The notes beneath the pieces are model-generated. The model was not told the origin of the DNA. It ran no database searches and saw only the letters and a list, made by a program, of their open reading frames with translations. From the NCBI GenBank assembly GCA_963765575.1, contig CAVXWZ010000002.1, forward strand, positions 224,001-288,000: 64,000 nt of DNA. Direction: 5' to 3'. Positions 9,313 through 19,660 of the stretch are shown here, one piece after another (positions within the stretch are counted from its first letter, which is position 1; each line of letters begins with the position of its first letter). This DNA comes from an uncultured cyanobacterium. Lineage in GTDB: Bacteria > Cyanobacteriota > Cyanobacteriia > PCC-6307 > Cyanobiaceae. Position numbers and translations under genes: made by a program.

Positions 9313-9813
9313 CTAGACGCCCCGTGCCAGCCACCCTTCCGCCCGCCGGCGCAGGCCGTTGTGGCAGCGGCGTTCGAGGCGATCGAGCAGCTGCTGGAGG
9401 CCGAGCCTGAGCACCGGGCCGGCCACCACCACCGCCGCCGCCGGCAGCTCCGCCCACACCAGGGCCTCGGCCTGCAGGGCGGCGTCCAGGGGCACCAGCC
9501 AGGCCTCAAGGCCGAAGTGCAGCCGCTGCTGCCACGCGCCCAGCCCCTCCACCCGGCTCTCCAGCTGGCGCAGGTGCAGCAGCTCCTGCTGCCAATGGGC
9601 CTGCAGGCGCACATGGGGCTGCAGGGTCCAGCCGGCCACGCTGTAGGGGCGCGACACGTAGTCGAAGAGCCCGGGGCCGCTCTGGTGCAGGCGATCGGCA
9701 TGCAGCAGGCCACGCAGGGGCCGCAGGGGGCGCGAGAGGAACAGGGCCAGCCGCTCCGCACTGGCGGGGGGATCCAGGGCCACCAGGCAGCGGCGCCGCT
9801 GCTCGATCCTCAC
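9313..9813 (-). CDS. Hypothetical protein, DUF1997-like
   Basis: 166-aa ORF coupled to the helicase stop; general resemblance to DUF1997 only. Confidence 0.5.
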   Translation of the reverse strand: MRIEQRRRCLVALDPPASAERLALFLSRPLRPLRGLLHADRLHQSGPGLFDYVSRPYSVAGWTLQPHVRLQAHWQQELLHLRQLESRVEGLGAWQQRLHFGLEAWLVPLDAALQAEALVWAELPAAAVVVAGPVLRLGLQQLLDRLERRCHNGLRRRAEGWLARGV

Positions 9814-12560
9814 GGCAGCTCGCTGTGGGGGCTGGCGAAGGCCGGTGGGGGCGGCAGGGGGTCGGGCGGGGACGGAGCCAGGTCTTCCAGTTCGCAGACC
9901 GGGAAGCGGTTGATGGCGCGCAGGGCGCGGCGGGCGTTGTCGCGCAGCTGCTGACTCACGGCCTCGGCGTAGGGCACCTGGGCCAGCAGGTCCACGGTGC
10001 GGCGCAGCACCCGCACCACATCGCCCTCATCGAGGGAGGTGTTGGCGATCACGTCGCTCCAGCTGGCCCCCCGGGCCCAGGCATCCACCAGACCGGTGAG
10101 CTCCGGCTCCCACCAGATCGGGAAGGTCACCCGGGCGCGCTCCTGCTGGCGGGCCAGTTCACGGCGCAGCCCGCGCAGGTCGTGCAGCGCCTCCTCCACC
10201 GCCGGCGGCGGCGGCCAGCCGCACCAGAGATCGGGCCGGTTCACCTCCGTGGAGATGGCCTCCAGCACCGCGGCCAGTTCCGGCGGATCGAGTCCATCGA
10301 GGTGACCGCTCATCAAGGCCAGCCCCAGCCAGAGCTCGTTGTCGCCGCGCAGGGCGGCCACGGTGCGCCCCACCTCGGTGGGCTCAAGGCCATCGGCGCC
10401 GGCCAGAGCCCCGAAGTGGCGCAGCACCTCGATCAGGGCAAGGAAGGTCTCCCAGTGGCGGTTGGAGCGGAAGTGCAGCAGCCGCTGGCACTCCTCCAGC
10501 TCGGCGGACAGCTCCTCGATACGACGCCGCTGCTTTCTGAGCTGGCGGCGATCGGAGCGCCGATGCCCCGGGTGCAGCTCCAGCTCCTCGTCGAGCTGCT
10601 GCACCAGCCGGGCCTGGGTCTGCACCTCCTCGGCCAGGTCAAACTGGGGGGTGGCCATGTCGTGGCGACGGGCCATCGAGGCCACCGCCAGGGCGAGGCC
10701 GGCGCTGGCCTCGCTGCCGTGCTGGTGCTCGCCGATGCGCTGCAGGGCCGGTGGGTCCACCTGAGCCACCTGCAGACAGCTGAGCTCGGCATGCAGGCTG
10801 ACCACCGCACTGCAGGGCACCAGGATCCAGAGGTTGTCGTCGGTGAGGCAGAGCAGCAGGGGAAACTGCCCCGGCCCCGACACCTTGGCGGCAATCACCG
10901 CCGGCGCCACCCGGCCGCGCAGGGCCGCAGCCTTGAGGCTCACCAGGGTGCCCTCGCTGGCGAACTGCAGGGCGAGGGTGAGTTCGTGCACGAGGGTTTC
11001 CTCGGCCTGCTGCTGCAGGGTGCGCAACAGGCGGCGCTCCTCCCGCACCCGGCCGCGGCGCTTTTCGTAATCCTCGAGATCGTCCCAGGGCACATCGTCC
11101 TCAGCGCCCTCCTGGAGCAGCTCGAGCTGCTGCTGGAGCTCGGCGATGCGCGCCTGGTCGTCGACCAGATCGAGGGTGGCGAGGTAGCGGCCAAAACTGC
11201 GCTCCACCAGTTCCCTGGCCTTGGCCAGGTCGTAGCGCTGCAGCAGGTTGAGCACCATGCCGTAGCTGGGGGTGAACTGGCTCACCAGCGGGTCGGCGGG
11301 GGCGGTGGCCAGCTGGCCGGCCTCGCGCACTCCCTCGAAGCGGCTCTGCACCGTGACCACGTAGCCCTGAACGTCGAGGCCGCGGCGGCCAGCGCGGCCG
11401 GCCATCTGCAGGAACTCGCTGCCCATCAGCGGCCGGTGGCCGCGCTCGGTGCGCTTGGAGAGGGACGAGATCACGGTGGTGCGGGCCGGCATGTTGATGC
11501 CGGCGGCCAGGGTTTCGGTGGCGAACACCACCTTGATCAGCCCCTGCTGGAAGAGATCTTCGATGAGTTCCTTCCAGGCCGGCAACACGCCGGCATGGTG
11601 GGAGGCGATGCCGCGCAGCAACGGTTCGGCGTGGCCGTCACGCACGGCGTCGGGGCTGGCGGCACTGAAGGCCTCCAGGCGGGCGCGGATGCGGGCCTGC
11701 TGGGCAGGCGTCACCAAGCACTGCTTGCCCAGATCCCGCACACCTTTGTCACAGCCGCGGCGACTGAAGATGAAATAGATGGCCGGCAGCATGTCGCGCT
11801 CGGCCATCTGGGCCACCACGAAGGCCAGGGGCGGGGCTTCGGGCTGGGGCGGGCGTGGCACCTTGGGCCCCTTGCGGCGGTTGCCCTTGGGAGCCCGCCA
11901 CACCTTGGCGTTGGGGTGCAGGTCGGTGCCGGCCTCGTTGAGCAGCGGGTGCAGACCCTTGGCGCTGCAGAAGCTGAAGGCCAGCGGCACGGGCCGGTGG
12001 TCGCTCAGCACCAGCTGGGTGGGGCCGTGCACCCGCTCGATCCAGTCGGTGAGCTGGCCGGCATTGGCCACCGTGGCCGAGAGCGCCACCAGCTGGATCA
12101 CCGGCGGGCAGTGGATGATCGACTCCTCCCAGACGGTGCCGCGCTGGGAGTCGTTCATGTAGTGGCACTCATCGAGCACCACGGCCTCCACCCCCTCCAG
12201 GGGGTCGTTGTCCGGGTGGTCGATCTCCGCGTAGAGCATGTTGCGGAAGATCTCGGTGGTCATCACCACCACCTGGGCCTCGCGGTTGAGGCTCATGTCA
12301 CCGGTGAGCAGCCCCACCCGCTCGGGCCCGAACTGCTCGCGGAAATCGCGCAGCTTCTGGTTGGAGAGCGCCTTGAGCGGGGTGGTGTAGAACACCTTCT
12401 GGCCATGGGCCAGGGCGCGATGGATGGCGTACTCGCCCACCAGGGTCTTGCCGCTGCCCGTGGGAGCGCTCACCACCACGGAGTGGCCCTGATTCAGCGC
12501 GTCGATCGCCTCGTGCTGAAAGGGGTCGAGGGGGAAGGGGAAGAGCGCTGCGAGTTTCAA
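9810..12560 (-). CDS. helY: Ski2-like DEAD/DEAH helicase HelY
   Basis: APTGSGKT, PLKALSNQK, DECH, LSAT, ATETLAAGINMPA, QMAGRAGRRG and DSHCT-type EGDVVR; TTG start. Confidence 0.92.
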   Translation of the reverse strand: MKLAALFPFPLDPFQHEAIDALNQGHSVVVSAPTGSGKTLVGEYAIHRALAHGQKVFYTTPLKALSNQKLRDFREQFGPERVGLLTGDMSLNREAQVVVMTTEIFRNMLYAEIDHPDNDPLEGVEAVVLDECHYMNDSQRGTVWEESIIHCPPVIQLVALSATVANAGQLTDWIERVHGPTQLVLSDHRPVPLAFSFCSAKGLHPLLNEAGTDLHPNAKVWRAPKGNRRKGPKVPRPPQPEAPPLAFVVAQMAERDMLPAIYFIFSRRGCDKGVRDLGKQCLVTPAQQARIRARLEAFSAASPDAVRDGHAEPLLRGIASHHAGVLPAWKELIEDLFQQGLIKVVFATETLAAGINMPARTTVISSLSKRTERGHRPLMGSEFLQMAGRAGRRGLDVQGYVVTVQSRFEGVREAGQLATAPADPLVSQFTPSYGMVLNLLQRYDLAKARELVERSFGRYLATLDLVDDQARIAELQQQLELLQEGAEDDVPWDDLEDYEKRRGRVREERRLLRTLQQQAEETLVHELTLALQFASEGTLVSLKAAALRGRVAPAVIAAKVSGPGQFPLLLCLTDDNLWILVPCSAVVSLHAELSCLQVAQVDPPALQRIGEHQHGSEASAGLALAVASMARRHDMATPQFDLAEEVQTQARLVQQLDEELELHPGHRRSDRRQLRKQRRRIEELSAELEECQRLLHFRSNRHWETFLALIEVLRHFGALAGADGLEPTEVGRTVAALRGDNELWLGLALMSGHLDGLDPPELAAVLEAISTEVNRPDLWCGWPPPPAVEEALHDLRGLRRELARQQERARVTFPIWWEPELTGLVDAWARGASWSDVIANTSLDEGDVVRVLRRTVDLLAQVPYAEAVSQQLRDNARRALRAINRFPVCELEDLAPSPPDPLPPPPAFASPHSELP

Positions 12561-12710
12561 ATCAAGAAAAAATGGATCCCCTTCCCAAATAGAGTAACAT
12601 TAGGTATGCCGAATCAGCAACATTGAGACACCAAGCGAAAGCTCGCAGCGATTCGCGGTCAATACGCCGCTGGTTTAAGGCGCAAAGAATGCCGAAAGGA
12701 GGGCAGTGCA

Positions 12711-15251
12711 ATGAATAATTTGATCAGTAGATTTTACGAACATGTCAGTTCAGGCAACTCCGAAGCGGCTCTAGAGGCAATCAAGGAGATTCAAACCCTG
12801 CAGGCTCCAAAAAGCCTGACAGACAGCTTGTATTTCATATTAGAGAGTTACCAGGGCAGTGCGGGCGGAGAAGGCGGCAGAAAGCCGGCAGGTGAGTACT
12901 ACAACCGCAGGATCTCTCGGGGAGCCGACGAGAGAGCCCCTAGCACGAGAATCGAAATCGCACCACTGGTCAGCATCATTGTGGTCAGCTTCAATTCCTC
13001 TCGAGAACTGAGGGATCTGATGCCGTCCATTGCAGATCAGTCCTACGGAAATCTTGAAGTTATACTGGTTGAAAACGGCACAGAAGACAACGAAGATCTA
13101 CTAAAAGAGGCAAACGTGGGTGGCAAGCACACCTACGTGAAAGCAAATAACAACGTTGGTTTCGCAGAAGGCAACAACATCGGCGCAGCGCATTCCAAGG
13201 GGGAATATTTATTGCTTCTCAATCCTGATGCAAGATTGGATCCGAGCGCCATCAAGGAATTACTGCACGGAATCACCAAGGAATCGACCCAAGCGCTCGC
13301 AGCATGTCCAAAAATATACTTTTTCCGTGACTTTGTAAAAGTTTGGATCGAGAAGGCTCCTCGTGGCTCCAGACTCTCCTGTGAAGATCTAGTCAAAGAC
13401 TTAAGTTATACCAAGACTTTTGTTCGAGAGGGATTCACCTCGGGCTGCGGAAACTATGTCACGCCCAGCATTGAAGGGAGAATTTGTATTGATGTTCCCG
13501 CGCCTGAAGGAAAGGAGACAATCCAGCTGCTTCTCGTCGAAGGGACGGGCGATGAGGTGGAGGTTGGAAGTGCAGGAAGCAAGGCAGAAGTGTTTATTGG
13601 TGATAGGAGTCAGGCAACTGGCTTGATTGAGGTTGGTATACCATACTTGATTCCAGCCTCTGCAAAGATACGGAGCATATCCCGAAGATTAGTCAACAAC
13701 GCATCAAGCGGAATTGGCCAGTCTGGAATGGCCCACGATGTTGGTTTTGGCGACGAGGACAAGAATGAGTACTCAAAATTGACCCATGTCGATGCATTTT
13801 GCGGCTGCTGTGTACTCATGCATCGCTTGACATGGGTGGCACGACGCCTCTTCTTCCCAGATTTCTTTGCCTATTTTGAAGATACGGAACTAAGCAACTG
13901 GATCAAGCTTCACCACTATCAGATACTTTATTGTCCAACAAGCCTAGTGTATCACCGGCATTCAGAAACGACCCAAGAAAAGAGTCCTAACTGGGAATAC
14001 CTAGTCTCCCGAAGTCGAATAATATACAAGTGGATGACGGGGAGACTGCTCGATACGGGCTATGCACAACAAATGGTCAGGGAACTTGACACAAGAGGAA
14101 TAAACAAGAAACTACTTTCGGCAGTTGAGGGGCAATATCCTACAGAAGCATTATCAGATTCCAGAAGATCTCAGAAGCGTGAGAAGATTACAGTAGCAGT
14201 TTACAACTCATATTGGACAACCAAGGGAGGTGGCGAAAAACACGCACTCGACATTGCAAGCATGGTCTCCCAGTCAGAAAGCCATGAAGTATATCTTTTG
14301 TCTGACCGTGACTTCGATATCAACGAACTTGCAAGATACTTTGATGTGGACTTAAGTCGATGCTTGGCCATGCGACTAGACAGTGTAAGCTCACTGGCAA
14401 CAGGATTCTTTGATATTTTTGTAAACTCCACATACTGCTCACTCCTCCTACCTCGCGCCACAAAGAACTACTACATCGTCTCGTTTCCAACCAAGACGTT
14501 GCCAAGCCACGTGGGCGGCTCCTATAAGTTCCTGCACAATTCTGAATTTACTCAGCGTTGGGCCAAGCGATACTGGGGTGCGCACGACGGCATCGTGATC
14601 CATCCTGTCATTGGCTGCAGAACACCCAAGTCAATAGGGGAAGAAAAGAAGAAGTTGATCCTGTCGATTGGCAGATTTAACTACCAAGGTCATTGCAAGA
14701 ATCAACACTTCCTAATCCAAGCATTTTATCAAGCAAAAGAAAGTGGGGAACTTGGTTCTGACTGGCATTTGACTATCGCGGGGTCAGTAAATCAAGCTGA
14801 GCCCACTTCTGTGGCGCATTACGAAGATTGTGTCGCATTAGTTAGGGACGAATCGGCGACTGTTATCCCCAATGCCGAGCGTAGTAACATTATTACTTTG
14901 TACAATGAAGCATTCGCGTATGTCCATGGAACCGGAATGGACATCGATGTAGAACAGAATCCAGAACAGTGCGAACATTTTGGTATTTCAGTTTTTGATG
15001 CGATCACCCATGGATGCATCCCCATTGTCCACGATTCTGGGGGGGCTAAGGACATCCTGTCCTTCGCAACGAATGGCATGGCCTTTCAAGGCATGAAGGA
15101 CCTGGTAGTTTGTCTAAGCACGCTAGAGGCCCTCTTCAGTCAATACAGGGAAGGTAGCGCTAACACACTTCCTAGGGATACAGTCAGCCGAGCAGAGAAG
15201 GCAATCAGAGCTAATCAGTCTTTAGTAAGAGAGATTATGATGATAACCTAG
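12711..15251 (+). CDS. Bifunctional glycosyltransferase, GT2 + GT4
   Basis: GT2: VSIIVVSFNS, NVGFAEGNN, LLNPD, FFAYFEDTE. GT4: GGGEK, SIGRF, KNQ, EHFGISVFDA. Confidence 0.88.
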   Translation: MNNLISRFYEHVSSGNSEAALEAIKEIQTLQAPKSLTDSLYFILESYQGSAGGEGGRKPAGEYYNRRISRGADERAPSTRIEIAPLVSIIVVSFNSSRELRDLMPSIADQSYGNLEVILVENGTEDNEDLLKEANVGGKHTYVKANNNVGFAEGNNIGAAHSKGEYLLLLNPDARLDPSAIKELLHGITKESTQALAACPKIYFFRDFVKVWIEKAPRGSRLSCEDLVKDLSYTKTFVREGFTSGCGNYVTPSIEGRICIDVPAPEGKETIQLLLVEGTGDEVEVGSAGSKAEVFIGDRSQATGLIEVGIPYLIPASAKIRSISRRLVNNASSGIGQSGMAHDVGFGDEDKNEYSKLTHVDAFCGCCVLMHRLTWVARRLFFPDFFAYFEDTELSNWIKLHHYQILYCPTSLVYHRHSETTQEKSPNWEYLVSRSRIIYKWMTGRLLDTGYAQQMVRELDTRGINKKLLSAVEGQYPTEALSDSRRSQKREKITVAVYNSYWTTKGGGEKHALDIASMVSQSESHEVYLLSDRDFDINELARYFDVDLSRCLAMRLDSVSSLATGFFDIFVNSTYCSLLLPRATKNYYIVSFPTKTLPSHVGGSYKFLHNSEFTQRWAKRYWGAHDGIVIHPVIGCRTPKSIGEEKKKLILSIGRFNYQGHCKNQHFLIQAFYQAKESGELGSDWHLTIAGSVNQAEPTSVAHYEDCVALVRDESATVIPNAERSNIITLYNEAFAYVHGTGMDIDVEQNPEQCEHFGISVFDAITHGCIPIVHDSGGAKDILSFATNGMAFQGMKDLVVCLSTLEALFSQYREGSANTLPRDTVSRAEKAIRANQSLVREIMMIT

Positions 15252-15300
15252 CCATGAAGTCTACAATTCTCGATTGGCCACCTAGATTCATCTCGCCACA

Positions 15301-16440
15301 ATGAGTTTCGTTATCGGGTTCCATCGCTCTGGAACCTCATTACTCACTTCAGTCCTGCAGGACATCACGGGCTGTGGTGAGTCGCTACCATTCACATTAA
15401 TGCCCAGCGGCCCAGACAACAGCGAAGGTTTTTTTGAGAGTATCGAGCTGTTTAGTCTCAACAATCATCTGCTTGAGGGAGTAGGGCACCGCTGGGATTC
15501 TCCATGGCTTGCCGCTCCACCCATGGAGGTTGGTATTGGGAGAATTGATGCTGAGGTTCAGAATAGATTCTTGAAGTCACATCCTATTGATCAAGCTCAC
15601 CATTGGATCGATAAGGATCCCAGGCTATGCTTGACTATTGACTTCGTGAGTCATATTTTAGGCATTAGACTTCCAACCATTGGAATCATACGCAATCCAG
15701 TGTCAACTGCTAGGTCCCTACAGCAGCGCAATGGCCTATCGACTGAACAAGCACTAGGACTATGGATTATTTACAACTATCATGCGTTTGTCGGGAACAT
15801 GGCGTTGCCAGTGGGGGTAGTGGACTTTGAAGATCTTTGTGACTGTAAAGAGCTTGCAGCTGAAAAGATGAATTATTTTCTGAGAATATACAATCAGAAC
15901 TCCGGCGGAGATATAGGTCGTGAAGAGAAGTACAGTCTGCTGAACACCCTGGAAGCCATCAGAAGACACACAAAGGTCGGCCTAATTCACAACCAACCGA
16001 CAAGTGCATATGGAAAAGAGGAGCAGCTCAGAAGTAAAGCTCTTGAAATGTGGGACGCCATCAAGAGTGTCGGAGCATCACCTTATTCACCCTCAGAAGA
16101 GGTTCGGCTGAAAGCTGCTGTTGCCATGTGCTGTGTGATGACTCAGTACAACAGTCTTTTTCCCGTATCGGTCTACACCACAAAGAAGGAAGAGGAAGAG
16201 ATTGAGGTAGCTCGTAGCGAGATATTATATTGGCATGATCGATTCAACGAATCTGCAGGAATAATCCGAGAGCTACAGACAGAGCTGCTAGAACAAGGAT
16301 CTACAGTTAGACTACTAACAGCCAAACTCGCCTGGTATAGGGAGTCTCAGTCGAGAGTCCATAGCCTTTTCGCGGAGTCGTACAAGCAGATCAGGACTTT
16401 ACAAGCACGGATAGCGAGGATGACAACTATCACAGGGTAA
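15301..16440 (+). CDS. Sulfotransferase family protein with coiled-coil tail
   Basis: IGFHRSGTS (5'-PSB), N..GFFE, KDPRL and IRNP...ARS (3'-PB). Confidence 0.78.
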   Translation: MSFVIGFHRSGTSLLTSVLQDITGCGESLPFTLMPSGPDNSEGFFESIELFSLNNHLLEGVGHRWDSPWLAAPPMEVGIGRIDAEVQNRFLKSHPIDQAHHWIDKDPRLCLTIDFVSHILGIRLPTIGIIRNPVSTARSLQQRNGLSTEQALGLWIIYNYHAFVGNMALPVGVVDFEDLCDCKELAAEKMNYFLRIYNQNSGGDIGREEKYSLLNTLEAIRRHTKVGLIHNQPTSAYGKEEQLRSKALEMWDAIKSVGASPYSPSEEVRLKAAVAMCCVMTQYNSLFPVSVYTTKKEEEEIEVARSEILYWHDRFNESAGIIRELQTELLEQGSTVRLLTAKLAWYRESQSRVHSLFAESYKQIRTLQARIARMTTITG

Positions 16441-16603
16441 ATAGGGTGGCTAGATTCCCGTATCATCCGTACTTGCGTGTAGCCTCTCTACGAGACGATA
16501 GTCCTACGGCAGGGCTCGATTCAAAGTGTGTCAGAAGCGCGCTGGCCTGGGCTGCCAGCGTTGGGTTCGCTGAGCGGGCTTGCTCCTTTTCTGTGCCCGA
16601 AAC

Positions 16604-18324
16604 CGGTGACTTTCAGGGAAGGTGTCACTCCTTGGCTGCCACTCAGGCGGCCCGAATTAATGGTAGCGCCAGGATCGGTTCTGGGTCCTCTGGTGGCTTG
16701 TTGATCCACACTTCTTCGGGTTGGCGCCAGCAGCGAGTGGATCGGCTCCAGCGTGTTGGATTGGCCCGGCGGGCCGTCTCGTAGACATCGGCTCGCTGCT
16801 GGCAAATTGCCGTGGCGGTACCGCTGTGACGCTGATGGGGCGTGACGAATTTGATGCCGCTGTGGCGGTGCCGGTGGTTGTACCAGTCCACAAACGCCGC
16901 CACCCACTCGCATGCCTCGTCTTTGCTGGCAAACGGCCGGCTGGGGTAGTCGGGCCGGTACTTGACCGTGCGGAACAGGGCTTCCGAGAAGGGATTGTCG
17001 TTCGAAACCCTGGGCCGCGAGAATGACCGCAGGACACCCAACTCCTCCAGCCGGGCCTCGAGTGTGGCGGCGCGCATGGCATTGCCGTTGTCGGCATGGA
17101 GGATCAGCGGCTGGTGGGTGGACTGGTTGGCGCCGAAACCCCTGGGGCGGCGATAGCGCTCCCTGAGACAGGCCCGCTGCACCAGGACAGCTGCGATGTC
17201 GGCCGACTCCATCTCGGCCACGTCCCAGGCCACCACCTTGCGGCTCCAGACGTCGATCACCAGGTAGAGATACAGCCACACACCCCGCACTGTGGTCGGC
17301 AGATAGGTGATGTCCCACGACCAGACCGCATTGGGGCGATCCGCCATCAGACGCGGCACGGAGCGCGGTTCCTGCGGCAGCCGGGCCCGCCCTCGGCGGT
17401 GGCATTGCCCCGCTTGGTGCAAGACCCGATAAAAGCTGCTCTCCGAACCGATAAACAGGCCCTGATCCGCCAGCGCCGGCACGATCTGCCCGGGCGGCAG
17501 CGAGGCGTACTCCGGCTGGTTGCAGGTGAGCAGGATCCGCTGACGTTCCTCCTCGCTCAGGCGGTGAACGACCAGGCGAGGACTGCCTTTACGGCGGTCC
17601 TTGCCGTCCCCATCACCCAGAAAGGCCTTCCGCCAGCGTTTGAGGGTGCGCAGGCAGATGCCGATCTCACCGCAGGCACTCACCAGGCCGGCGCCCGCAG
17701 CATTCGCCTCGCCGATCAGCTCGATCACCTTCCGCCGGTGCGCGGCGCTGGTCAGCCTTCCTCGTCCTCCGAGCAGAAGGCATCCCACTTTTTTCGCAGC
17801 ACCAGCAATGCCGCCGCCTCCGCCAAGGCCTTCTCCTTGCGCTGCAGCTCCTTCTTGAGAGCCTTGATCTCCCGCTGGTCCTGGGCGCGGAGCCTTTCGA
17901 GCTCCTTCTGCTCTTTCAAGGTCAGCACTGGCTTTTGCGTTGGCATCCTGGGCTGCCTGCCGCCAACGGCTCACCTGCTCAGGAAACAGCCCTCGCTCGC
18001 GGCAGTAGGCGCTGAGCTCGGTGGCATTGAGCCCTGCGGTCTCCAGCACCACCGTGAACTTGTCGGCAGCGCTCCAGCCCTCTGGTTCCTTCTCGGATGC
18101 CGGCACCACCTCTCCCTGCAACCGCCAGGTCTTCCTCCATTTGTAGAGGGTGATCACGTGGATGCCCAGCTCCTCTGAAATCCGGGCCACGCTCTGTCTG
18201 TGCGGCGGGCTCATCCGCCTTCTCACATCAGCCTTGACGGCCTCGCTGTATCCGCGCATTGGTCATGTCCTCAAGCCCCCGGATGGATGGATCAAAGGGG
18301 TGACATCTTTCCTGAACCCGGGGG
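16604..18324 (-). mobile_element. IS3-family insertion sequence
   Basis: Imperfect IRs 16612-16632 (ttcagggaaggtgtcactcct) and 18296-18316 (18/21 match); cgg at 16604-16606 and 18325-18327 is a candidate target duplication. Confidence 0.88.
16643..18259 (-). CDS. IS3 transposase OrfA/OrfB, joined in one frame by an extra A near 17935
   Basis: N-terminal HTH; rve core WSWDITY / HADNG / DNPFSE; A6G slippery site at 17788-17794; true OrfA tail (KPVLTLKEQ...LRKKWDAFCSEDEEG) lies in another frame. Confidence 0.85.
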   Translation of the reverse strand: MRGYSEAVKADVRRRMSPPHRQSVARISEELGIHVITLYKWRKTWRLQGEVVPASEKEPEGWSAADKFTVVLETAGLNATELSAYCRERGLFPEQVSRWRQAAQDANAKASADLERAEGARKAPRPGPAGDQGSQEGAAAQGEGLGGGGGIAGAAKKVGCLLLGGRGRLTSAAHRRKVIELIGEANAAGAGLVSACGEIGICLRTLKRWRKAFLGDGDGKDRRKGSPRLVVHRLSEEERQRILLTCNQPEYASLPPGQIVPALADQGLFIGSESSFYRVLHQAGQCHRRGRARLPQEPRSVPRLMADRPNAVWSWDITYLPTTVRGVWLYLYLVIDVWSRKVVAWDVAEMESADIAAVLVQRACLRERYRRPRGFGANQSTHQPLILHADNGNAMRAATLEARLEELGVLRSFSRPRVSNDNPFSEALFRTVKYRPDYPSRPFASKDEACEWVAAFVDWYNHRHRHSGIKFVTPHQRHSGTATAICQQRADVYETARRANPTRWSRSTRCWRQPEEVWINKPPEDPEPILALPLIRAA

Positions 18325-18351
18325 CGGGACCTATCAGCAAAATTGCCCGCC

Positions 18352-18371
18352 CGGGGTTTTCAGCAAACTCC
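18352..18371. mobile_element. Possible orphan IS5-like right end
   Basis: gggttttcagcaaactcc; its reverse complement resembles the IS5 left end ggagaccctggaaaaccc at 19479. Confidence 0.35.
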
Positions 18372-18379
18372 TGATAGGC

Positions 18380-19435
18380 ACTGTAGGTCAGGCATGAGTG
18401 TGACAGGTTTCCATGATCAGATAGTGGCCTAAGCGTATTTGCAAACATGTCATCTAGGACTTGAGAGGTGACAACCTCAGGCAGATGAGAGCGTCCAGAA
18501 TTGGAAACATTGCCGCCATGAACATATTGAAACCACATTGGAAATAAAGTAATTACATTATCAGACATCAAACTTTTATCGATTCCATTGTGAGGCCTTT
18601 GGAACACCCCTTTCCTGATTCTGCTGTCCTCATGTGCATACTTGGCAAATGGTTCGACGAACAAAGAAGGGGTTCCGATTGTAATAATTTGCCCTTGCTC
18701 GCGCTTGAAAAATCTCGAGCCCAAACGGAAAGTTGATTGCAATTGAGTTTGATCTGAGCGCCTCAGGGCTAAAGTCATGCAAGTAATCGCTAACGGCCTG
18801 AACAAAGCCTACATTATTCGCCCATCATAGAATCAAGCCTTGTGGTGACTATGTGCTCTCCAGGGGCACAAGCCGCTTGCCACTTATTTTCAAAGCCTCC
18901 TCAAAGCCTAATAGTCCTTTTGAGGCGCTGATCTAAAAAAACAGGTATGATATTGGGATAGCCGCTAATTACTTCAAGCAACTTTTCGATTTCGTGATCT
19001 ACAATAGTATCGAAGAAGATCAAAGCTCTAAAGTCCTTATAGGTTTGCTTGTAAATAGAAGGAAGAGTAACGGACTTGAAGATGTTGGCGCGATTCTTGA
19101 TCCAGTGGATATAGCGGCGGTCGTCAAGTATTCCCACTGATGATCGCTTTTGGTGATCGTAGAGATTGAACCGAATGCATAAAAAAGTGCTTGAATTTGT
19201 GGGTCGATCTTCTTGCGGAGATAGGTCGCTTTAAGGCTGCAAATTTTAAATCATATCTATAAACGTGGTCCTGTAAGATATTTCTTCTCAAAAGTTCACT
19301 AATGTTGGGTTTGTTAATGGGCTGGTCAAAGGGATTCATAGTACCAAGACCTTGGCTGCAGAAGGAATAAGGCTCTTGTGGTGCATCGTCTATCATGAAA
19401 TGCTCAAGAGCTGCTGCAGGCAATCCTAAAACCAA
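18380..19435 (-). pseudogene. Multiply frameshifted glycosyltransferase of the putative rhamnosyltransferase type
   Basis: Joining frames gives HFLCIRFN...W...R.NIF...TLPSIYKQTYKDF...FFD, IVTTRLDS and PMWFQYVHGGNVSN. Confidence 0.62.
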
Positions 19436-19478
19436 ACGTCACCATCACCAAGGATATGATGACACCCAATCCTTTTAG

Positions 19479-19656
19479 GGAGACCCTGGAAAACCCAGGC
19501 TGATCACGGTACAATAGAGCTGTGACCGAAGTCCAGGACTGGGTTGATGGGCGGCAAACAGCTTGGATTCGGCGATTACGAGCAAAACCACAGTCAAGAA
19601 GAGCGCCAAGCGTGAGAAGTTTCTGGCCGATATGGAGCAGGTGGTGCCTTGGCAGG
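19479..19656 (+). mobile_element. Truncated IS5-family left end with a transposase 5' fragment
   Basis: TTAG target then ggagaccctggaaaaccc; ATG 19547 gives MGGKQLGFGDYEQ, then after a frameshift TTVKKSAKREKFLADMEQVVPWQ. Confidence 0.8.
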
Positions 19657-19660
19657 TAGG

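Noticed and set aside
9285..9761. N-terminal extension of the 494-aa ORF 8277..9761
   Set aside because: Overlaps the 9313..9813 gene; similarity to the paralog begins at 9284
9825..12626. 933-aa plus-strand ORF opposite helY, and similar long ORFs opposite rpoC2, infB, psbA and hisD
   Set aside because: Antisense shadows caused by high GC3 codon bias; no recognisable motifs
12546..12651. Imperfect inverted repeat cgctgcgagtttc / gaaagctcgcagcg at the island's left edge
   Set aside because: Short, needs an indel, and has no counterpart at the right edge; may be chance
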